DNA of 61,513 nt from Chiloscyllium plagiosum (taxonomy: Eukaryota). Below are positions 52,896-61,513 of this stretch, in pieces; the stretch's first letter is position 1; every line of letters starts with the position of its first letter. Made by a program: the position numbers and the translations under genes. The notes below the pieces were generated by a model. The model searched no databases. It worked only from the letters and a program-made list of their open reading frames with translations, and was not told where the DNA came from. The stretch covers positions 10,075,322 to 10,136,834 of the forward strand of contig NC_057752.1 of assembly GCF_004010195.1 (NCBI RefSeq), given 5' to 3'.

Positions 52896-53601
52896 GTAAG
52901 GACGTGCTGGGTTGTTTTGTTTTTGTTTTTTTTTTTCCCAGCTGACTTGTTCAGGAGGGGTAAATTATAATGATGGAATTGTTTTAGCATAATCTATTAG
53001 AGGAGAGTAAGAGGGGTAGCTATAGTCATCGGTTTGGTCAGAAAAGCGATGGGGAGCCCCTGCCATTCACCATCATCCCACCTCTGGAGTTATGACTGAC
53101 TATACCCAGTAGTAGTATATTCACTGCTATACCAGTACGGAGTATAGTCATGACCCACAATACTCAGTCACTATAATTGCTCATGACTTGGATAACCCAA
53201 CTCCCGTAATTCATACAGTTCATGTGTCTTGCAGTATCCATGAACAAATAGGCAAAGAAGTTAGACTGGGTGTTTTAGTCCAGTTTCAGATTAAGTAAAA
53301 ATGCGTAGTCCATTTATCTTGTTGCTTGAATGCAAAGCTTAACTTGGACCTTGCATTCTCTAGTGACTACTGTAGTATAAGTAAGGCAGTCGGCAAAAGA
53401 CCACTGTTGAAGACTCCCTGTGCCAGAACCATTCACAGTTAGATGGTGACTACTTGGAACCAAAACGTGACCTCCCTGGAATTTTAATACCTGAAGATGC
53501 AAGCAGAGTGTTGGCAGAAAGGAAAGACTTTAAAAGGTGGCTGTGCCTGTTCGCTTACCTGTTTCTCATTCACCTTTTTGACCACTATATCTGTTTTTCA
53601 G

Positions 53602-53784
53602 GTTGCCCCATTTATCAAGGAGCGAATGATGAAGCGAGGCAGCATGATGGTGGGTTACCAGCACCATGGAACCAAAGTGAACTTCTTCCGACAGGTCCTG
53701 ATCAGTCCGCAGGTCAGCCGGGAGGACATCAACTTTTTTCTGGATGAAATTGAACGGCTGGGAAGTGATTTCCAGCCGGAGTAA
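53602..53784 (+). CDS. CSAD: Terminal coding exon 15 (VAPFIKERMMKRGSMMVGYQ...LDEIERLGSDFQPE*)
   Basis: TTTCAG acceptor; NFFR motif; TAA stop ending at 53784. Confidence 0.95.
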   Translation, partial: VAPFIKERMMKRGSMMVGYQHHGTKVNFFRQVLISPQVSREDINFFLDEIERLGSDFQPE

Positions 53785-53893
53785 TGTATCAGTGCTCTTA
53801 CTTTGCTGTAATCTGTCCATTGGTGATCTCTCATTCTCCGGTGGATATTTCCAGAAGAAATTCTTGCTCGAACAATTCAGTTTATGGGAGCAA

Positions 53894-53899
53894 AATAAA
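53894..53899 (+). terminator. Candidate proximal polyadenylation signal AATAAA
   Basis: First AATAAA about 110 nt after the stop, with ATTAAA at about 53915. The real 3' end may be more distal. Confidence 0.4.
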
Positions 53900-56800
53900 T
53901 TTTTGAAGATTTTGATTAAAACTATCAATTAATGTACACACACACAGATCTTCCTGCTGACTGTATGTGTTCCATATTAGATATTTTGCCAGTTTCTGCA
54001 GACAATGAATCCAGAGACATCAATCTGTCCCTGACCTGGCTTGTCCTATTCAGATGCCATTGGCTTGTCATTTGTGTGTGTTAGTACAGTGGAGGAAACT
54101 CATCTGGGGTGTCAGCTGATCTACTGAGAACAAATTAGAAGCAATGTTAACATGTATTTAATCCTTTGCTGTCCCTGTTCTCGGTGTGTTTGGTGTAGAG
54201 GAAGCTTCACCCTGTATCTAACATTATGTTGTATCTGACCTGGGAGTGTTTAATGAGACATACATTTTAATAATGTGATGTTCATATTGAAGGAAAAATG
54301 AATTGTTTGGTAAAAATCTGACTGTTCAGCTGATGGGGACATCTTTGAAATGATAAATATTTTTGCAAACAAGAAATCTTGTTTAATGGGAGGGGAGTGA
54401 CTATAAAAGGGATGATCATTTTAATTTGTTGACTACTACATATAATTTGAGGTTGAGAGTAAGTGTGACTTTTTTGTTTCTTTCCATCCCTCGCCAGCAT
54501 AAATCCATGCAGAGGTTTGCCTCCTGGTTGAGTTCTTGAGAGAGATTTTGCTTTGCTCTCTGACTGTACCCAGTGTAGAGTTGAAGGAGATAAGGTGGTA
54601 TCATTGAATAGTTGTCTGCAACAGAATCTCCAGTTCTCCAATTTCTCATCCCAGGGCAGTGAGGTGGTTTGCCAGCGGTGGCAAGATTCCTCTAACGTAA
54701 CTTCAATGAAACAATTGCCAATGTTCTTCCGGTCCCTTTCAATAATGCTTGATATCCTTTCAGTAAATATTTATTTATTTCAATATGATTGGATGATGCA
54801 GAAGTGTGGAACTTCACCTTGGACTGTGTGCCATCGTCTGGCCTGGCTTGAATCTAATAGAGAGCTCTATCTACTTTGCCATTTAATGACCCTTCATACT
54901 ATTTTAAGATTATTGACACTTTCAATTTCCCTTAGTAGTCAATGTCATCTTGCTGAGTGCACAAGCCCAAGGCATTCCTTAACTTTGTCTGGTGCACTGG
55001 TATTAACTCTTTTTTTCGGTCTGGTATAGAACCAAAAAAAAAATGCAGTTTGCATGCTCAGCTCTTTAATGTAGTTGATTCCTGTGAAGTTATAAATTTG
55101 AGATCTAATGTTATCTGTATAATGGTTGAGGGTGTCTGGGATGGGTTACTGATCAGGTGCAGTCCCTTTTTTAGTTAAAAAGGAAAATCCCAAGGTGTTT
55201 TTTTTTTTTTTTTTTTGAATGAGCTTTTAGTCATCTTCTACAGTATACCATCTTTATACTAAAGACTGTTTCTGTATTATGTCGGTAGTTTTCTGCTGTA
55301 ATGGGCATGTGGTCAAATTAATTAGTTTGTCAAAAAGATGTCATCTTTTAATCTCTCTCATGCTCGTTGTCATCACTTCCATAGTTTTGTGCCAATAACT
55401 GATTTTGAAATTACTGGAAAACATTAAAGTGACTTGACTCTACCTTCAATTTGATGCTGAGTACCTTTTTTTTTTGCTTTAACCCCCCCCCCAAATTTTG
55501 CGAGGTCTCTGAGCAATAGCCAGAAAATACTGGAAATGTAAAGAGTCACTCAATTTCTGGGGAAGAGAAGTCTATCTTTGCTTTCAGATATTGAACAGCT
55601 GTGATGTGAAACCTCTCCACATGAACTGTTACCTTCAAAAATGACTTTTGTTTTCCTTTTTTACCTTGGCATTTGAAAATATCAAATGGTGTGAGTGTTT
55701 GTCGACTTGAACAGCTTGCCATGGCAAGTTTAAGGCTTGTTATTAGTGTAGTGTAAGTACACTATACTTCTGAACTTCTGACAGTGAAAACAAATTTATT
55801 GCCAGTGCTGAGTCTAATTCCTGTTGGTTAAAATCCTGAAACCCTCCCACTAAGTATACTTGAGTGAATTGAAGTGGCTTAACAGGCAATTCATGTCACC
55901 CTGTCAGTGGTGGAGGGAGTAAGTAGTGGATAGAGTACTGATCAAGTGGCCTACCTGGCCTTTTGAATGTTCTCAGAGCTGACATCCAGGCAGGGAAGAT
56001 TATTCCATCAGCTTCCTAACTTTTATATCTTGTAAATGGTGGACAGATGTGAGCAAATGTTCCCAAACTTTGGCTGGCTTTGGTGACCACCGCGTTCATA
56101 GATATTGTCTACTCAACTGGGGGGGAGAAGAGAGTCATTGATGAAGCAACTGAAGATGGTTGGGTTTAGTACGCTACCCTGAAGAACTCAAAGTAATGAA
56201 GTCAGGAGCTGAATGGCCCAAGCAGAACTTTGGTTGAGGGCACCGGGTACGTGGAAACACCACCAGCTGCAAGTCCCTCTCCAAGCCACTTATCATCCTC
56301 ACTTGGAAATATATTGCTGCTCCATCAGTCTCATCAGGAACTTCCTCTGAACAGCAATATAAGAGTACTATACCACACCGACTGCAGTGGTTCAAGGTGG
56401 TTCACCACTGCCACCTTGAGCGTGACTCTGGATCAGCAACAAATGCTGGTCTAGCCAGTGATGCCTTGATTCCATGCATAAATAAATTTAAAGTAATGCA
56501 TAAAGTTAACCATTCGTGAGGATAGATGAAAAATTGAATGGGTCCTGTGTAAGTTAAAGGGAAAGTGCATTTGGAGATAGGTCTTCCCTTTTGTTCTGTC
56601 ATGGGATTTGGGGTGGGCAAGTGAGACTAAATGACAAAGTTTCCTGTTTTTTTTTTAAAAATAGAAGTCAAGGCAGTGAGTATTTCTTTACTTTTCCCAA
56701 TGTGTCCTGATGTGGTGTGAATGCATTTGGACAATTGCTATCCCCTCATTCAAAGTGGAAGAAATTAGGAAAAAACTACCAGCAAAAGCAACAGTAAACA

Positions 56801-57754
56801 AAATGGAGTTAAGTTATGGCCTAAACTTGTTGAATTCAACAGCCTGGAAGGCTATAAAGGGCTGAGCCTAAAGATGAGATTGAGATTGTTTCTCAAGCTT
56901 GTGGTGATCTTCACCAAAACAATGTAGCACACCGAAGACCAGAAAGCTCAGGAGTGTAAGCAAGATGGAGATTAAAATGCTTGGCAACAGGAAGGTCAGG
57001 GTCATGCTTATGGTCTGAACAAATTTTACTGTTTTGTAGAGTACCTTTTTTTTTAATCTGTGATAATGTAGACTACTTAAATCACTGTTCATGGATTAAA
57101 AGAATCAGCAATAATTCTGTCCTTGTCCTTTTAGCAGTTTGTTCCAGACAAACTGTTATACAGGAATTGAAAGGAATTCAGCATTCCTGGGAAAAGGAGT
57201 CAAAGCTACACATATAAAACTGTTTTAACATCTGTTTGATAACTAGCTGCCTTACATCATAACAATATGATCGACCTACAGAAGAATTTAAGGAGTTAAT
57301 CACAAAAAAGCTGTCTCTTCAAATAGACAGTCAATTGTCAGATGTAACAAGGAACAAATGTGATCAGGCAAGCTGCAGACTTGCAATATTGTGGAAGAAA
57401 AAAAATCTAAAGGATCATCAATACTGTCTTGAAGGACACATTGTATAAAAATTCAACTGCAGGACTTCCCGATAGCAGAATATTGAAGAATAACACTGCA
57501 CAAAAATTGAACCCGGGACACATCCACAGAGAGATGCTGTTGGTTGGAATTTGTAGCTAAATTCCACCATTTAATTGGCAAAATTGGGTTGTGAGGCTTA
57601 ACTTATGTAAAGGATTGTCTTTTTAGTTGGTACATGCAATAAAGTATAAATAATTGTTGCAGTATTTGATTGATTGTGATTCATTATAAGTAGCTGAATT
57701 AAAAGTAGCTTGTGGTAATTTATCCAAGCTTAAATCATGAGCAGCACATATTGT

Positions 57755-58365
57755 ATGTACATGTAGCAGGCTATTTGGCCCCTTATGTCTGCTGTTAAGG
57801 CTGATCTAATTGTAACCTCTAATCCACATTTCTGCCTACCCATGATATTTTTCGTTCACTTAGTTACATAGATTATTGGTAAGCATGTCTCCTTTTTTTA
57901 AAAAAGAAATCCATGACACAGCTTCCACAATATTTTCAGGAAGTGAATTCTAAAGCCATGTACTTCACTGAGAATTTTTTGCCTTTGTTTTAAATGGGCA
58001 ACACTTTTTTAAAAATGTTTAAATCGTTACTCTTTTTTTTATACAGATTTTCCCACTGGAGGAAACCTCCTTTCCACAACTACTCTGTTAAGGTTTCTCA
58101 TGATCTTTCTTATCTTGCAATCAAGTTACCTCTCACTTTTAACTCGAGTAGACAAAAACCTAGCCTGTCTGACCTTTCCTCATAAAGTAAACTGTTCAAG
58201 TCATGTATTTGGCTTATACCCGAAATGTCGGTTCTCCTGCACCTCGGATGCTGCCTGACCTGCTGTGCTTTTCCAGCACCACCCTCTCGACTCATGCCAC
58301 CTATTAGTCCTGTAAACCTTTTCTGAATTGCTTCCAATGTTTCTACATCCTTCTTTCAATAAGGT
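57755..58365 (-). mobile_element. Old CR1 3' fragment with nested Penelope-derived piece (58211-58292)
   Basis: Minus-strand EAIQKRFTGLI and LYEERSDRLG remnants; insert GGCTTATACCCGAAATGTCG..TTTTCCAGCACCAC. Confidence 0.65.
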
Positions 58366-58589
58366 ATGCTTATTTAAGCTTGTAAATTCCTTGTTGTTTA
58401 TGTCTAAGCTGTAAATTATATTCATGTTCTAGAGGCCTTCTCATGGCTGAAGGTTCTAATGTAGATATCACAGAACTGTCTGTTCATGTTGGTATTGGTG
58501 CTTGTAGGAATATCTTCTGCTGTTGGCATTCCTTGAAACGTTAGATCCAGAATTGCAGATTACTAAACTGAAAATATAACTAACTGACA

Positions 58590-59250
58590 GTACAGTCTCG
58601 TTTCGGGTCGTAGGGCGAAATGCAGGAGTTATTTGAAGTGGGAGTTTTGAATCTGTTGGGATATTTGAGCATAACTTTAGAACTCGCAGAAAAGTATGGT
58701 GGCCAGTGACGCAAAGAACAAGGGGGAAAAGAGCCTTAGAAAATATTTTTTTAAGATAAAAGACATCTTTAATATTTCCAGACATTTTAAAGAGCGGAAC
58801 GAACCAGTTTTGTGGAAGATACATTTGCTAGCTTGGAATTCGCCAGTAGTTAAAATGGCGGCAGTGAATAGTTAGTGTCGACGCTAGTTGCCAACAGTAG
58901 GCATGGCTGCGCTGGCTTCAGATCCCGCTGTGGGACAGATGCGGTATTTCCCGGCGTGCTGTTGGCAGACGCGACAGGGTGTTTTTTTTTCCCCCCTCAT
59001 TTGCGCTGCGGTCGGGGGTTTTGTTTTGTAAACTTGCCGCCCGAGGCTGATGCAGAGCGGATGCTGTGAGGAGCGTGTCTCCCGGTGAGTCACTCGATCC
59101 AACCGCTCACCCGAGCCAGGGAAGCAGGCTCTAGGAGCTCGGTTGTGTGGAAGCGGGAGGGTGGCCTGGATATTTAGGCCGTGTAACTCGGCCAGGCCCC
59201 AGCCTGGGTTCTAGGGCGACCTTGTTCAAGAATAAGCCCAGAGTGCAAGC
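58590..59250 (+). promoter_or_regulatory. CpG-island promoter and probable first exon of an unidentified downstream gene
   Basis: Strongest CpG density in the window; CRE-like GTGACGCA (about 58706); YY1-type AAAATGGCGGC (58852-58862); consensus donor CCG|GTGAGT at 59084/59085. Confidence 0.65.
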
Positions 59251-60030
59251 CCTCAAGCGAGGAGAATAGGGAAGAAAAGCCACTTTAAAAGTACCACTCC
59301 TGGTTTACCAACCTTAATCCAAGTTGGAGTTTGGCTTAACCCCCCTCTCTGTTGTGTGTGAAGCGGAGATGGTGTTCAGGCCTTTTTACTTTTTCTATAG
59401 GCCTGAGGTATTTCTTTTTTGAGGATCTGGTCAAAGATCTGAAGTTTTGATGTCTGAGTTTCATTTTAATCATTCTACATAGAAACACGCCTTTCTCCAC
59501 ACCCCCGCCCCGTTTCCCTCTCTTCTCTCCCCTCCCCTCCCCCCCCCCCAAGTGTTCATGCTCGCCTTAAATCAGACTCTACAGCTTTGTAGTCTCAACT
59601 ATTTTTTTAAATGTACCTACTTCTCAGAACTATTGACGGGTCGTAGGCACTTGTGCGTTAATTACCACTTTGCCCATGCTGCGCGATGTTCCCCTTCTTT
59701 ACTTTCTGAAATCTGTATATGTTTTTGAAAAAAATAAACGCCATATCTGTCCAAAGTTTCAACTTGGATCGTCCAGTTTCCCCACCTGTCTCCCATGTTA
59801 GCTGAAAAAGTTTGAGATACACGGCAGGTCGGGCAGCATCTGTGGAGGGCGGAACAAAGCTAACGTTTCATGTCATGAACTTTTCGTTAGAACTTTTAAG
59901 ATTTCTGCTTTTGGTTTACTGACTCTTCAGATGTTATCTCTCTCAATCTATTGTCACTGCCTCAGTCTTTAAAATATCTGCATATCTCTAAATGTGAGAG
60001 ATACTGAGGCAGCCCAAACGCCCCATCCTC

Positions 60031-60230
60031 CTGGATTAGAGTGGTGCTGGAAAAGCACAGCAGTTCAGGCTGCACCCGAGGAGCAGGAAAACCGACGTTT
60101 CGGGCAAAAGCCCTTCATTTTGCCTGAAACGTCGATTTTCCTGCTCCTCGGATGCTGCCTGAACTGCTGTGCTTTTCCAGCACCACTCTAATCCAGAATC
60201 TGGTTTCCAGCATCTGCAGTCATTATTTTT
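60031..60230. mobile_element. Young fold-back Penelope-derived element
   Basis: 79-bp inverted arms with an 8-nt loop; GCCCCATCCTCCTG duplicated at 60020 and 60231. Confidence 0.8.
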
Positions 60231-61044
60231 GCCCCATCCTCCTGTCGCAACATTGCCTCACTGTACACTTTGTTGACCAGTTGGAGATCTTTATTGACAG
60301 TTCAATGCCAGTTCACTTTAGGTCACCATCTGCCATGTTCAGTAGGAGCTTACTGCATGACCTGATGGATAGGAGGTGATTGTGTAACTTTGGTGACATG
60401 GCCAAGCCAGCTGAACTGTTTTTGTGGCCATTGATGTATGAAACTGGAGGCTGTTCTGTGTCTTCCTTTTTCAGAGATAAAATCCCATCAGTGTATGCCT
60501 AGAATTGTGCAAAACCATCTGACATCAAATGCATGTCATTATCACCCATCTCCTAACAGTGCTTGACCACTTGACACTTGCAAACTACTGCCCTATCTCC
60601 AACCTCCCTTTAAGTCCATGAATGTGTTGTCACCTCCATTTCCATCTTTTCCCAGATTTCCATATTTGAATTCCTCTGATATTAAAGGGCCTTTCCATGA
60701 TCCAGAAACGGCTTCTATTAAAGTCACAGGACATCCTATGTGACTGTGACAAAGGTAAATGTTTCTCCTCATCCTTTTTGACCATTCACCATGTAGTATG
60801 CAACATTTGACATCATGTCCTCCAACACTTCTCCATAAAATATAGGAGTATAAGTTGATCATTCAGCCCATTGTGTCTGCTCCACCATTCAATGAGATCG
60901 CAGCCCTTAATTCTCAATTCCACTTTCCTGCCTTTTCCCCCATAATCCTTGATTTCTTTATTCATTAAAAATGTCTATCTCAGCCTTGAATGTACTCAAT
61001 GATGCAGCCTTGACAGCCTTTTGTGGTAAAGAATTCCTCTAAGA

Positions 61045-61513
61045 ATATTTTGATAATAGCGAGCTAAGCTTCAATCTGCAATTTGAGAGGGAGAGGGTAC
61101 AATCGGAAGTGACAATATTTCTGTTGAATAAAGGGAACTATGGGAGCTATGAGGGAGGAGTGGCCAAAGTTCAATGATGCAATACCTTAGCAGGGATGAC
61201 AGTGGGTGCAATACCTTAGCAGGGATGACAGTGGAGGAACAATGGCAGATATTTCTGTGTATAATGCAGAAGTTGCAGGATCAGTTCATTCCAAAAAGGA
61301 AGAAAGATCCTCGGAGGAGGCATGGGTGGCCGTGTCTGACGAGGGAAGTTAAGAAACATATAAAGTTAAAAGAGAAAAAGTATAACACAGCAAAGATAAG
61401 TGGGAAAACGGAGTACTGGGAAGCTTTTAAAGAACAGAGGATTACTAAGAAGGAAATACGCAGAGGAAAAATGAGGTACGAAGGTAAACTGGCCAATAAT
61501 ATAAAGGAGGATA
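61045..61513 (+). mobile_element. CR1 LINE ORF2 endonuclease-RT linker fragment, runs off the window
   Basis: Resembles 45330-45970 (EEQWQIF..FIPKR..PCLTREVK..LANNIKE); a reverse CR1 tail lies at about 60835-61040. Confidence 0.7.

Larger units (their letters stand above)
7236..53784 (+). other. CSAD: Whole gene span (start to stop codon): cysteine sulfinic acid decarboxylase, group II PLP-dependent decarboxylase, 15 coding exons, 520 aa
   Basis: Exons of 40,158,127,91,107,116,80,55,117,65,82,200,52,90,183 nt splice in frame (1563 nt) with GT-AG ends. CSAD-type motifs are present: [64 protein letters not shown]1 is the alternative call. Confidence 0.8.

Noticed and set aside
53115..53132. 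CAGTGA loop on the minus strand as an iron-responsive element
   Set aside because: The closing pair is mismatched, there is no correctly spaced C bulge, and it is antisense and intronic.
54553..55029. 158-aa ORF after the stop codon
   Set aside because: Non-ATG start, no recognisable homology; probably 3' UTR or intergenic.
55745..55768. Short palindrome AGTGTAGTGTAAGTACACTATACT downstream of the stop codon
   Set aside because: Too short and low-complexity to support a function, and the 3' UTR extent is unknown.
1..61513. CRISPR arrays, rRNA or prokaryotic operons
   Set aside because: No regularly spaced repeat-spacer array or rRNA-like sequence was seen; the DNA is intron-rich and eukaryotic.

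Overview
This is vertebrate genomic DNA. The repeat complement (dense CR1 LINE fragments, an HE1-type V-SINE, Deu-type SINEs, Penelope-like elements) suggests a cartilaginous fish. The window holds one complete + strand gene for a PLP-dependent acidic amino acid decarboxylase, best called CSAD (with GADL1-like termini). It has 14 confidently placed GT-AG coding exons (14989-53784) plus a probable first coding exon at 7236-7275 behind a CpG/GC-box promoter, giving a 520-aa protein. A CpG-rich promoter and probable first exon of an unidentified downstream gene lie at about 58.6-59.2 kb. The rest is transposon-derived: CR1, L2-like and Rex1 LINE fragments, SINEs, a TG..CA solo LTR with a 4-bp TSD, and many Penelope-derived elements. 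The most notable observations are: (1) several families of short fold-back Penelope-derived elements carrying minimal hammerhead-ribozyme motifs, some with 10-14 bp TSDs; (2) an inverted duplication with ~1.1-kb arms in intron 1, whose ~106-bp core is almost identical between arms and is itself a hairpin; (3) a locally templated 84-bp insertion flanked by a 46-bp duplication. All alignments were done by eye, and repeat boundaries are approximate.
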